Assembly (NCBI GenBank): GCA_965207225.1
Contig: CBDBLV010000005.1
Coordinates: 1-64,000 of the forward strand
Source: Dehalococcoidia bacterium
Lineage (GTDB): Bacteria > Chloroflexota > Dehalococcoidia > Plut-88900
Reading direction: 5' to 3'
Length of the DNA: 64,000 bases
Position 1 is the stretch's first letter; every line of letters starts with the position of its first letter. The notes beneath the pieces were generated by a model. That model saw only the letters and a list, made by a program, of their open reading frames with translations, ran no database searches and was not told where the DNA came from. A program made the position numbers and the translations under genes. Below are positions 1 through 9,977 of the stretch, one piece after another.

Positions 1-171
1 ATTTGTTCTCGGTTGAGCGCATCGTGCGCCATCTGCCCGGCCTTGAAATCCGGACCGCCCGAAGTCCGGGACCTGACCGACCTGTATCAGGAAGGCGATC
101 CGCGAGCCAAACAGCTGGCCACGAACTCAGCCTACGCAGCAGTGGTACGCGCCGTGCGCGGCCAAGCCTGA
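1..171 (+). CDS. 3' end of an unidentified gene (partial, probably frameshifted)
   Basis: Frame 1 reads ...VRDLTDLYQEGDPRAKQLATNSAYAAVVRAVRGQA* and stops convergent to mutM; no recognisable motif. Confidence 0.3.
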   Translation: MCSRLSASCAICPALKSGPPEVRDLTDLYQEGDPRAKQLATNSAYAAVVRAVRGQA

Positions 172-188
172 AGGCTGGGCGGAACGCG

Positions 189-1012
189 TCAGACCAATGC
201 CTGTTGGCAAGCCGGACAATAGTGGGTACTGCGTTGTCCAACCCGGATCCGCTCAATGGCCGTACAACAGCGCGGACAGGGTTCTCCGGTCCGGCGGAAC
301 ACCTGGTGCCGCGCCTGAAAGCGGCCGGGCACACCGCTGGGTGGTGAATAGCTGGAGACGAAACTGCCCCGCCAGGCAATGGCCGGTTCTCAACACATGG
401 CGGATGGTTCGGCACAGCGTCTGGCACTCCTTCAGGGTCAGGGACGCCGCGGGCCGTTCCGGGTGAATACGGGCCCGAAACAGGGCTTCATCGGCATAAA
501 TGTTGCCCACCCCAGCCCCGACGCTTTGGTCCAACAAGACGGCCTTGATGGCCGCTTGTCGGCGGGCCAGAGCCCCATGGAGCCAGCGGCCGGTGAAGTA
601 ACGGGACAGGGGCTCCGGCCCCAAGGGCGGCAGCACACGGTCCGCATCGCGCACCAACCAGAACCGTCCAAACTTGCGGAGGTCCAGATAGCGCAGTTCC
701 TCCCCGCCCTCCAGTCCCAGCACCACCTGCGTGTGCCGGTCCATCTCCCGGTCGCGAGGGCACCACGCGCAAGGTGCCGGTCATGCGCAGGTGCACCACC
801 AAAGTCCAGCCGGCATCCAGGCCCAGCAGCATGTACTTGGCCCGTCGTTGCAGTTCCCCAAACCGCCGGTTTCGGATCAGGTCGCAGAAACGGTCCGGAT
901 CGGGTTCCGCAATGGTGCGCGGCCAGAAGACCGATGCACCTTTGATTCGCCGGCCTTTGAGCAGGGGGCGCAGTTCCACAATGTGGGTCTCTACTTCCGG
1001 CAGTTCAGGCAT
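189..1012 (-). CDS. mutM: Formamidopyrimidine-DNA glycosylase Fpg/MutM, frameshifted in this sequence
   Basis: N-terminal MPELPEVET, HLRMTG, DLRKFG, GVGNIYADEALF and C-terminal zinc finger CPRC...RSTHYCPACQ are spread over three frames (ORFs 488..1012 and 253..744, plus the C-terminus). Confidence 0.92.
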
Positions 1013-1246
1013 CTTGGCAGAACCTCATTGGGGTTGGAATCGGGCGCCACCATCGGACATTCAAACAGCACCCCAGGTATACAGAACTGAGAAGGGTGCT
1101 GAAAAGAGTGACGCGGAGGCATCAGCCTCGTCTGTGGAAAGGATAAGTGGGACTGGGCGTCTACCAGTATCCGGGATGACGGACACATGATCGGGGATAT
1201 CGCGATCAGAGCGCACACCGGTCCGCGGGGACACAGGATGTGCAAC

Positions 1247-2735
1247 TCAGGCAGGATTGAGACAGACGGGGGGAAGAGGGCCCCAGGGATCCGCCAGTTT
1301 CGGCACATGGGGGGAGGGATGCCAACAAGACAGGGAGTTGCCCATCAGGCCCAGACGCGCCAACTGAACCAGGGGCACAAGAAGCTCCGGTGGCAAGGCT
1401 GTCAGCTGGTTGTGCTCCAGGTGCAGGGTGTGCAGCCGGGGATTGTGAGCGAAGAGATCGGGCGGCAGCACCGTCAGATGATTGCGGGCGAGGGTCCAGG
1501 ATGCGCAGGTCGGAAGTGTGGGTAAAGAGGTCCGGCGGCAGGGCCGTCAGCCGGTTGTGGAGCAGATCCAGGATCTGCAACTGGGGAGTGTGGGTGAAAA
1601 GGTCCGGCGGCAGGGCCGTCAGCCGGTTGTGGAGCAGATCCAGGGATCTGCAACTGGGGAGTGTGGGTGAAAAGGTCCGGCGGCAGGGCCGTCAGCCGAT
1701 TGTCGGCCAGTTGCAGGATCTGCAGCTGGGGAGTGTGGGCGAAGAGGTCCGGCGGCAGGTTGGTCAGGCGGTTGTGGGACAGATCCAGGACCTGTAGGCG
1801 GGGAGTGTGGGCCAGGAAGCCGGAGGACAACACGGTCAGGTTGTTGGCATCCAGGTAGAGGGCCTGTAGGTGGGGATTGTGAGCGAAGAGGTTCGACGGC
1901 AAGGCTGTTAAGGCATTGGCGCACCGCGGAAATGCCCCCAGCCAGCGTTGGTAGTGGTGGTACCACGGGGCATAGGGATCCAGACCCAGGTCCAGAACGC
2001 GCAGCTGCGGCAGGTCCGCGAACAGAGTGGGGGGCAAGGCCGTCAGGGGCGTTGCACCCCAGATCAAGTTCCTGCAGTCGGTTCAGGCCGGCAAAGTCAC
2101 CGGGGCGCAAAGTGGTCAGGCTCTCCACCTGCAGCGCAGTGAGGGCGGTCAGGTCGGCGGCCGTCACCTGCCTACAGCGGGACACACCCGGCACTGCCGC
2201 GGTGATGGCGTCCACCACACCTTGCGTGCGGCCCTGTAGGGGCCCGGTCCCGCAGACTGCATCCTCCGTCCACCAGCCCAAGGTGAGGGTATAGGCCAGA
2301 AAGCCCACGCCATCCAGACGCGCATCGTCCACGTAGCGCACCGTTCCGTCCGTGGTCCACGTGCAAACCGAAAGCCCGCGGCAGGACTGTCAGGGGGTAG
2401 CCCTTGGTCATCCACCGGCCGGGCATTTGCCACGGTCGCCGTCACCGCCTGCTGGGGACGGAAGCCGGAGGGCATGGTGAAGAGCACGGCAGGAACTTGG
2501 CGGGCCTGTGTACTGTACCGGCGAACGGGTGCTGCCGAGGGTGGCTGTGGACCCGGTTCCCGGTGCGAGTCAGTTGCCAGGCACCTTCCCAGTGCAGGGT
2601 CAGGTTGGCATAGGGCCCCTGCTGCGGGTACGGCTCCGCGGCAAAGGCCGCGTCCGGACCCAGCAGCACCAGCAGCAGACCCAGCACCAGCCCGATCCCG
2701 TACCGGCCATGCATACCCGTGGCCCCTGTCAGCAT
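1247..2735 (-). CDS. Secreted leucine-rich-repeat protein (typical-class LRR), multiple frameshifts
   Basis: Signal peptide MHGRYGIGLVLGLLLVLLGPDAAFA, N-cap VCGTG...CRQVT, 24-aa repeats LPPDLFAHTPQLQxLxLxxNRLTA; pieced from ORFs 1619..2341, 1474..2067, 1206..1580 and 1247..1471. Confidence 0.8.
1510..1830. repeat. Tandem ~72-bp LRR-coding repeats, some near-identical
   Basis: gtgtgggtgaaaaggtccggcggcagggccgtcagccg recurs at ~72-73 bp spacing; one copy has an extra G (cagggatc) that causes a frameshift. Confidence 0.85.
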
Positions 2736-2769
2736 CCTGTCCTCTCGTCGATGGGCAGGCCCCCTGATG

Positions 2770-4510
2770 GGTAACGCATGCGAGGGTTCGCCCCGCGGTG
2801 GAAAGCGTCGGGGATCGCGAAAGAGGTGGCGGGGCAGGCAGGGCAGTCTTGTGGCCCACTGGTCCAACTTCTGAAGCCGTATCAGATCCCGGAAGAGATC
2901 GGGGTCCAGCGATCTCAGCGGGTTGTCGGCCAAGTCCAGATACCGCAGGTGGGTAAGCCCGGCCAGGAGATCGGGATCCAGCACACTCAGGTCATTGAGG
3001 GCCAAGTCCAGCAGTTGCAGCCGAGGATTGTGGACGAAAAGGTCCGGCGGCAGCTTCTTCAGTTGGGTGCGGGAGAGGTCCAGGGTTAGCAGATGGGGAT
3101 TATGGGCAAAAAGGTCGGGAGGCAGTTCGGTCAGCGGATTGCCTTCCAGATCCAGTTCCTGCAGCTGGGGCAATGTGGCAAAAAGGTCCGAGGGCAGGAT
3201 AGTGAGGGTATTCCAGCAGGGCCAGTGCGAGTCCCGCCCGGGGCCCAGGTACAACTTGCGCAGCTGACCCATGTTGGCGAAGAGTGCCGGATCCAGCGTC
3301 GTCAGCCCGTTGCATCCCAGATCCAATACGTGCAGACTGGTGAGCCCTTTAAAGACCTCCGGGGCCAGGATCGTCAGCCGGTTGTAGGAAAGGTCCAAGT
3401 AACGCAGGTGGGGGGTGTGGACAAAGAGGTTAGGGGGCAATTCAGTCAGCCCGTTGCTTTTGGTGTCGCCGTGATCCCGCCAGGTGTGATCCCCCAGGTT
3501 CAACACCTCCAGAAGGGGAGTATGTGCGAACAGCCCGGGGGGTAGAGCTGTCAGCCGATTGTCGTCCAGTTCCAGCACCCGTAACTGCGGGTTGTGAAGA
3601 AAGAGGTCCGACGGCAGCGTGGTCAGGTTGTTGGAGGAGAGATTCAGCACCTCCAGGGCGGGAGTGTGGGTGAAGAGGTCCGATGACAGCATTTCCAGCT
3701 GGTAGCGGCTTAGGTGCAGAGTCTGCAGCCGGGGGTTGTGGGCGAACAAATCCGGCGGCAGCGGCGGAGCAGAACTACTGTAGCCGGTGGGCCACCGCGC
3801 CAGCTGCAGGTACCGCAGGCGGGGTAGAGCCGCTAGGAGATCCGGCGGCAAAGGGGGAACTGCGCTACTCGACCATACCAAGTTCAGGCCTTCCAAACGA
3901 GGGTTATGGGCGAACAGGTCCGAAGGCAGGGGGCTTGCTTCCTGCCAGTGCAGGTGTAGTGTCTGTAGTTGGGGCAGGCCAGCGAAGGGACTCCGGCGGT
4001 AGGGGACTTGCTTCCTGCCAGCGCAGGTGTAGTGTCTGTAGTTGGGGCAGGCCGGTGAAGAAATCCGGCGGTAGGGGGACTTGCTTCCTGCCAGTACAGG
4101 CGCAGTTCTTGCAGGTGGGGCAAGTTGGCCAGGAGATCCGGGGCCAGGATATCTGCACCATTCCACCCTGACCTGGCCCAAGAAACGAAGCCGAGATCCA
4201 GGGTCTGCAACTGGTCCAGGCCGACAAAGAGGCCGGAGGGCAGCTCTCCCAGCAGATTGTTGCCCCAAATCCAGAACTTGCAATTGGGGGGTGTGGGCAA
4301 AAAGATCCGCGGGCAGCGTGTCCAGGGCGAAATCATTCAGGTGCAGCTCCTGCAACTGGTCCAAGCCGGCAAAGAGGTCGGATGGCAGCGGAGCCAACCC
4401 CATGCTGATCCTGTTCCAGTTCTCAATACGTCTCTCTTGCCCAGAGGGATGGGCGAGGGCCCCAGCCTCCCAAGTGCAGGCTCCGCAACTGGTTCAGGTC
4501 GGCGAAGCGG
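2770..4510 (-). CDS. Long leucine-rich-repeat protein, 5'-truncated at the junction, frameshifted
   Basis: Many LPxDLFxxxPxLxxLxLxxNxL repeats (ORF 2442..4403 and alternate frames); the LRR pattern (FADLNQLRSLHLGG) continues up to ~4510; 3' boundary approximate. Confidence 0.8.
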
Positions 4511-5096
4511 TGAATTCCGCCACGCCGACGCCACCGTCCCTGCCCAGGTCGAAGCCCTCGTCGCCGACACCCTCGCCCGCCACGGCAGCGTTGACATCCT
4601 CGTCAACGGCGCCGCCTACCAGACCGAGACCGGCCCCGTCGCCGAGGTAACGGAACAGGAGTGGGACTCGGGGTTGAACCTGTTTCTGAAGGCGCCGTTT
4701 CTCGGGTGCAAGTACGCCATACCCGCCATGCTCAAGGGCGATGGAGGGGTCATAATCAACATATCCTCGGCGGTCGTGCTTCGGGGGAGCACCTTCTCTC
4801 TGCCCTACTCAGTGGCCAAGGCAGGCATCATCCAGCTGACCAAGACTACCAACAGCCAGTACTGCCGGCAGGGGGTCCGAGTCAACTGCATCCTGCCCGG
4901 CGTCATCGACACCCCCGGGTCCCGGCGCGTCTCCGCCTCGCCTTCCATCGCCGCCACATACGCCGATGGCATCCCCGTGGGCCGCATGGGACAGCCCGAG
5001 GACGTCGCCAGGCTCGCCCTCTATCTCGCCTCCGACGACGCCGAGTACGTCGCAGGCGCCAGCTTCCTCATCGACGGGGGTATCAACAACTTATGA
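4511..5096 (+). CDS. Short-chain dehydrogenase/reductase, N-terminally truncated
   Basis: DILVNGAA, NISS, YSVAK (YxxxK), VRVNCILPG; the Rossmann TGxxxGIG motif is missing because the preceding sequence is LRR on the opposite strand. Confidence 0.88.
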
Positions 5097-5407
5097 TGGA
5101 AGAACCGAAACACATTGAAATCACCGAGGAAGGACTGGCCGTCCAGTGGGACGACTCCCATCGCAGCGTCTACCCCTTCAAGCCCCTGCGCGAACAGTGC
5201 AAGTGCGCCAACTGCATCGACGAGTGGAGTGGCCGCCGGATCCTCGATCCCGACTCCGTCTCGCCGGACATCGAAATCCTAGACTTCATCGAGATCGGCC
5301 GCTACGCCGTCCAGTTCCTCTGGAGCGACGCCCACGAAACGGGAATCTACTCCTTCGCACTCCTAAGGTCCCTATGCGGCTGCGAGCTGTGTAAGCAGGT
5401 GGGCTGA
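5093..5407 (+). CDS. DUF971 / gamma-butyrobetaine hydroxylase N-terminal-like protein
   Basis: WDDSHRSVY..LREQCKCANC, IGRYAVQFLWSDAHETGIYSF. Confidence 0.88.
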   Translation: MMEEPKHIEITEEGLAVQWDDSHRSVYPFKPLREQCKCANCIDEWSGRRILDPDSVSPDIEILDFIEIGRYAVQFLWSDAHETGIYSFALLRSLCGCELCKQVG

Positions 5408-5440
5408 GATAGACCCTTGCGGATTGGGGCTGGGTGGGAC

Positions 5441-5470
5441 CGCTCATACTGAGCGTAGTCGAAGTGTGAG
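5441..5470. repeat. REP-like palindromic element (CTGAGC-n-GTCGAAG family)
   Basis: cgctcatactgagcgtagtcgaagtgtgag between convergent genes; related copy at 35820. Confidence 0.55.
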
Positions 5471-5500
5471 GGGAGGACTGGGATCCACTTTTATGTCTTC

Positions 5501-5704
5501 CTATCCCAGGAACCTCATTATGGCTGCTACTGCTCCAAGCCCCATGAACTGAAGCACCACAATCCATTTGATCAGGTCGAACTTCAGGTTGCCGAGGTCA
5601 CCTTTGATCTCAGCCTTGAGGTTCGCGAGGTCTTCCTTGGTCGCGTAGTGCTTCAGTTCTTCGCGAAGTTCGGAGCGGGTTATAGGGTGTTCTGCGGTGG
5701 TCAT
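5501..5704 (-). CDS. Small coiled-coil protein with C-terminal TM helix (DUF1640/CCDC90-like)
   Basis: ATKEDLANLKAEIK...LIKWIV plus a hydrophobic tail. Confidence 0.7.
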   Translation of the reverse strand: MTTAEHPITRSELREELKHYATKEDLANLKAEIKGDLGNLKFDLIKWIVVLQFMGLGAVAAIMRFLG

Positions 5705-5735
5705 TGTTCGGTTTCAGCCAAGTTTAATCTCTAGT

Positions 5736-5765
5736 AGTATATTAGTGTCATTCACACCTAGTCAA
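5736..5765 (-). promoter_or_regulatory. Putative sigma70 promoter for the DUF1640-like gene
   Basis: TTGACT-N18-TATACT on the minus strand. Confidence 0.55.
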
Positions 5766-5834
5766 CGGGGGCACTCTGATTAGTCAAGTAAAGACCTAAC
5801 ATCAGTCGGCGTAGAATTAAGCTGGCTAAATGCC

Positions 5835-6536
5835 CTATCTGAACAGCTGCAGGAACCGGTCCTCGTACTCGGAGAAGAGGCCCCAGCGCTCCAGCTCCCG
5901 GCGCAGGTCGTCCGGGTCTGCGGACTTATTGGCAACCCGCATGAACATCTCCTCGATGCGGCGTCGGGCGTCACCCGTCGCCCCCGACGAGTCCACCCCC
6001 AGCAGCCCCGACCCCTGCAACTCTCGCACGTTCCCCTCCAGCGACCTAGAGGTCAGGTCGTGGATGAACTTCAGCAGTGACACGTCCCACAGCTCGTCGA
6101 TGCCCCGGATGATCCCGACCAGGGGGTCGTCCCCCACGTCCTTCTCGATCCTGTCCATCACCGAGTGGAACGTACCGCTGACGATGTTCAGGTTCTCTTG
6201 CTCGTTCCGGTAGTTGTAGAGGATGCCGGGCACGTTGGGCCCCTGTTCCATGATTAGCCGCTCGAAGTAATCTTTTGCTCCGTCCCCGAACCCTTCCAGG
6301 TTAAGCATGTACCCAGGCGTCACCACGCGCGGCTGCTGCGAAATCACCCGGCCCTCCCGTATCACCGTATCGTCCGACGCCTCCACCACGCCCGAGTAGG
6401 CCGGCTTGGTTAGCAGGAAGTACCGCACGTTGGTCGTCCCGAAGGTGGACAGGTTCCGCTTGGGGGCGCGCAACACGTGCGTGTTCTCGATTGCGTAGCC
6501 TATGCGGTCATCCTTGGGGTCGAACTCGTCATCCAT
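5835..6536 (-). CDS. Conserved hypothetical protein
   Basis: Coding-like ORF; IGYAIENTHVLRAPKRNLSTFGTTNVRY...LWDVSLLKF...WGLFSEYEDRF. Confidence 0.75.
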   Translation of the reverse strand: MDDEFDPKDDRIGYAIENTHVLRAPKRNLSTFGTTNVRYFLLTKPAYSGVVEASDDTVIREGRVISQQPRVVTPGYMLNLEGFGDGAKDYFERLIMEQGPNVPGILYNYRNEQENLNIVSGTFHSVMDRIEKDVGDDPLVGIIRGIDELWDVSLLKFIHDLTSRSLEGNVRELQGSGLLGVDSSGATGDARRRIEEMFMRVANKSADPDDLRRELERWGLFSEYEDRFLQLFR

Positions 6537-6550
6537 GCTGTGTGTCGGGG

Positions 6551-7141
6551 CTAGGACAGGCTTGCAAGCTGCTCCCTGTACTCCTTCATGTACAGGTCGT
6601 ACTGGGTTTCCAGTTGCGCCTTCGCCTTGCGCCACTCCATCTGGAACTGCGGGTGGTTTTCCATGTGCTGCATGTCTATCGGGGGCATGCCCTGCTGTCG
6701 GGCCACCTGGGAGAGGCGCATCTGCATGTCCCGCTTCAGGTTCTCGTACGCCTCTTTCCTCTGCATCTCCCCCTGCCCCGTGTAGTGGTTGAAGATCTGC
6801 CGCATCCTGCTGAACACGTTCTCCACGGCTCCCGGGTCCTTCTTCGTCAGCTTCAGCCCGTCCATCGCCAGCCTGTTGCGGTCCTTGGCGGCATCGGTAG
6901 TCGGGAGGGCGAGATTGCGGATCAACACTTCCTCGATCCCCTCCACCAGCCCCGACCGCTCAGGCCCTTCATCGTACTTCCCCAGCTCCGAACGAAGGTT
7001 GGCCTCTCTGTTCAGGAACTGCGCCGCCAGCTTCTGCCCCTCCTCCTTGAACCTCGACCGCTGAAGGTCCTCGGCAGAAGCCTTGCCGAGCTTTTCTACT
7101 CTTTCTAACGCCCTCTCCAGGGCGCTGGGAATCCTGTCCAT
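6551..7141 (-). CDS. Conserved alpha-helical hypothetical protein (DUF6657-like)
   Basis: N-terminal IPSALERALER motif, charged helical sequence; 14 bp upstream of the next gene. Confidence 0.65.
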   Translation of the reverse strand: MDRIPSALERALERVEKLGKASAEDLQRSRFKEEGQKLAAQFLNREANLRSELGKYDEGPERSGLVEGIEEVLIRNLALPTTDAAKDRNRLAMDGLKLTKKDPGAVENVFSRMRQIFNHYTGQGEMQRKEAYENLKRDMQMRLSQVARQQGMPPIDMQHMENHPQFQMEWRKAKAQLETQYDLYMKEYREQLASLS

Positions 7142-7338
7142 GGGTCCGTCTCCGGGAAATTAGACCTTAGCTTCAACGATAACAACCGCCACACCACATG
7201 ACATTGTACCAAACACCCCATCGCCCACCTATAGCCAACATCACTATGGGCGGAGAGGGGTGGGGGTGCAAGGGGGGGAGCATGGGAGGCATGTACAATG
7301 GTCACAGGAATTGGGGCAAAGAGGGGACAGGCGTGACC

Positions 7339-8529
7339 ATGATGATGCAACCGAAAAGATGGCTGGGCAGACTGCTTTGTTGCCTGCTTGGGCTGATTGT
7401 CATGGCGGCGCTATCGGCATGTGGCTCCGACATGCCGCCAACAGCAGCGACGTCACCCGAACTCGATAGAGAAGCGTTAGTTGCACTGTACAACGCAACG
7501 GATGGCCCGAACTGGCGCAACAATGGAGGCTGGCTGAGCGATGCGCCTATAGGCGAATGGTACGGGGTAACTAGTAGGGAAGGCCGTGTTTCACAACTGG
7601 ATCTCAATATGAATGGATTGCGTGGGGAGATACCGGCAGGGTTGGGTGACCTGATCAAACTGAAATCGCTGAGGCTCAATGGCAATGATTTGAGTGGAGA
7701 GATACCGGCGGAACTGGGCAACCTCAGCAGCTTGGAATGGCTGAATCTCGGTCACAATGGATTAACTGAAGAGATACCGGCGGAACTGGGCAACCTGGCC
7801 AGCCTGAAAAGTCTGCTCCTCGGTACCAATAATCTGACCGGAGAGATACCACCGGAGTTGGGTGACCTCGCCAACCTGGAATCGCTGCGCCTCAGCTTCA
7901 ATAGAGTGAATGGCGAAATACCCCCGGAGTTGGGCGACCTTGCCAACCTGAAATGGTTATACCTCGATTTCAACGAGTTGAATGGAGAGATACCACCGGA
8001 GTTGGGTAACCTCGCCAACCTGGAAACTCTGTCTCTCGGTGACAATACATTGAGTGGAGAGATACCCCCAGAGTTGGGCAACCTTGCCAACCTTAAAGGG
8101 CTATTCCTCTCTAGCAACGAACTGAGTGGAGAGATACCGCCGGAGTTGGGCAAAATCCCCAAGCTTGGCGAGCTGTATCTCGGTGACAATGCATTGAGTG
8201 GAGAGATACCGCCGGAGTTGGGTAACCTTGTCAACCTGCTAGAGCTGGGCCTCAGCTACAATGCATTGAGTGGAGAGATACCACCGGAGTTGGGTGACCT
8301 TGTCAACCTGCTAATGCTGTTTCTCAACTACAATGACTTGAGTGGAGAGATACCGCCGGAGTTGGGTAACCTTGTCAACCTGCTAGTGCTGGACCTCAGC
8401 TATAACGACTTGAGTGGAGAAACACCGCCCGAGTTGGGTGACCTCGCTAACCTGAAAGCGCTGGACCTGAGCGACAATGACCTGAGTGGAGAAATACCGC
8501 ACAAGGAAGACCCAATTTACCCTAAGTAG
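7339..8529 (+). CDS. Plant-type LRR lipoprotein (eukaryotic-like protein)
   Basis: Lipobox LSACG, N-cap REALVALYNATDGPNW...WYGVT, 13 repeats of LxxLxLxxNxLSGEIPPELGxL. Confidence 0.92.
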   Translation: MMMQPKRWLGRLLCCLLGLIVMAALSACGSDMPPTAATSPELDREALVALYNATDGPNWRNNGGWLSDAPIGEWYGVTSREGRVSQLDLNMNGLRGEIPAGLGDLIKLKSLRLNGNDLSGEIPAELGNLSSLEWLNLGHNGLTEEIPAELGNLASLKSLLLGTNNLTGEIPPELGDLANLESLRLSFNRVNGEIPPELGDLANLKWLYLDFNELNGEIPPELGNLANLETLSLGDNTLSGEIPPELGNLANLKGLFLSSNELSGEIPPELGKIPKLGELYLGDNALSGEIPPELGNLVNLLELGLSYNALSGEIPPELGDLVNLLMLFLNYNDLSGEIPPELGNLVNLLVLDLSYNDLSGETPPELGDLANLKALDLSDNDLSGEIPHKEDPIYPK

Positions 8530-8680
8530 CGAGGTGCCGCTGGAGTTGGGCAAACTCAGCGACCTGGAAGGGCTAATGATTGACGGAACCCAGTTGAGCG
8601 GCTGTATACCAATCCCGCGAATGCAACTCAACGGCACCATTTCTAACGTATCTACCCTAGGCGGCCTGCCGTACTGCTAA
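8522..8680 (+). pseudogene. Out-of-frame final LRR and C-cap of the preceding LRR gene
   Basis: LSSEVPLELGKLSDLEGLMIDGTQLSGCIP...LGGLPYC in a different frame. Confidence 0.7.
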
Positions 8681-8858
8681 GACCCCGTGCCCGCGCTCAC
8701 CACCACCCACCCAGCACAGAACGCCACTGCTCCACCTCCCTCGTAGACCACCGCGAAAATCGCACCCAGCCCGGCTTTACTGATCTCCGTGGAAAGCGGT
8801 CCTCCTATCGCTGTCACCAGTGCCAGGTTGCGGAGAGACCTCTACGAAAGGGGCGACG

Positions 8859-8887
8859 TTGCCCCTCCCCCCACACCTACCTATAAT
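8859..8887 (+). promoter_or_regulatory. Putative sigma70 promoter of the pheS operon
   Basis: TTGCCC-N17-TATAAT, 40 bp upstream of the pheS ATG. Confidence 0.65.
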
Positions 8888-8927
8888 TGCCCCCGACTCT
8901 CGATCCACTTTCCCCTGTGGATTTCAC

Positions 8928-9965
8928 ATGATTCAGCAAGTTGAAGAATTAGCTTCCAAGGCATTATCGGAGCTTGAGCCATTGGCCGAGCAGGAAGCGC
9001 TGGAGAAGTGGCGCGTCTTGTATCTCGGGAGGAAGGGGTCGCTGACACAGATGCTGCGGGGGGTAAGCTCGTTGCCGGTGGAGGAGCGTCGGGAGGCGGG
9101 GTCGGCGGCGAACCGGGCCAAGAAGAAGCTGGAGGGAGCGCTCTCCGAGAAAGAAGAGTCGCTGAAGCAGCAGGAGCTATCGAAGAGGCTGGGCGAGGCC
9201 ATAGACGTCACGCTGCCCGGCCATCCCGTGGAGCTCGGGCGCCTGCACCCGACCACCCAGATGCTCCGGGAGATATGCGGGGCCTTCAACAGCATGGGCT
9301 TCCAGGTGGTCGAGGGGCCGGAGGTGGAGTGGGACTACTACAACTTCGAGGCGCTGAACATCCCCCAGGGCCACCCCGCCCGGGACATGTGGGACACCCT
9401 CTGGATAGACTACGAGAACGAAAAGGGCGAACGCCCGATGCTCCTCCGAACCCACACCTCGCCGATGCAGATAAGGGTGATGGAGAGCCGGGAACCGCCC
9501 ATCAGGGTGGTGGTGCCGGGACGCGTGTACCGCTACGAGGCCACGGACGCCACCCACGAGAGCATCTTCTTCCAAGTGGAGGGCCTCGCCGTCGACAAAG
9601 GGATAACCTTCGCCGACCTGAAGGGCACACTGTTCGAGTTCGCACGAATGCTGTTCGGTGCCGAGCGCAAGGTTAGGTTCCGCTGCGACTACTTTCCCTT
9701 CGTGGAACCGGGCGTCGACATGTCCATCGACTGCTTCCTGTGCGAGGGACAAGGGTGCCGGGTGTGCAGCGGGACGGGGTGGATAGAGATCATGGGCGCC
9801 GGCATGGTGCATCCCAAGGTGCTGGAGCGGGTCGGGTACGACCCCAGCGTGTACACGGGGTTTGCGTTCGGGCTCGGGCCCGAGCGAATAGCCATGCTCA
9901 AGTACGGCATAGACGACATCAGGCTATTCTATTCCAACGACATACGGTTCCTGAGGCAGTTTTAA
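8928..9965 (+). CDS. pheS: Phenylalanine-tRNA ligase alpha subunit
   Basis: [40 protein letters not shown]. Confidence 0.98.
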   Translation: MIQQVEELASKALSELEPLAEQEALEKWRVLYLGRKGSLTQMLRGVSSLPVEERREAGSAANRAKKKLEGALSEKEESLKQQELSKRLGEAIDVTLPGHPVELGRLHPTTQMLREICGAFNSMGFQVVEGPEVEWDYYNFEALNIPQGHPARDMWDTLWIDYENEKGERPMLLRTHTSPMQIRVMESREPPIRVVVPGRVYRYEATDATHESIFFQVEGLAVDKGITFADLKGTLFEFARMLFGAERKVRFRCDYFPFVEPGVDMSIDCFLCEGQGCRVCSGTGWIEIMGAGMVHPKVLERVGYDPSVYTGFAFGLGPERIAMLKYGIDDIRLFYSNDIRFLRQF

Positions 9966-9977
9966 GGGGGGAGAGAC

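Noticed and set aside
2442-4403. Single 653-aa fusion of two LRR genes
   Set aside because: An internal RBS, ATG and signal peptide at ~2735 indicate a separate gene; the read-through is probably an indel artefact.
189-4510. Programmed frameshifting, phase variation or true pseudogenisation
   Set aside because: Indels are dense, affect housekeeping mutM and stop at the junction, which fits sequencing error better.
4125-5096. 323-aa SDR with a novel N-terminal extension
   Set aside because: The extension is the antisense of the LRR gene across the junction.
7600-8500. Regular 72-bp repeats with variable interiors, resembling a CRISPR array
   Set aside because: In-frame LRR coding units; no cas genes and no palindromic repeat or unique spacer pattern.
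8680-8927. T-box or pheM attenuator upstream of pheS
   Set aside because: No T-box motif or Phe-rich leader; the promoter is only ~40 bp from the start.
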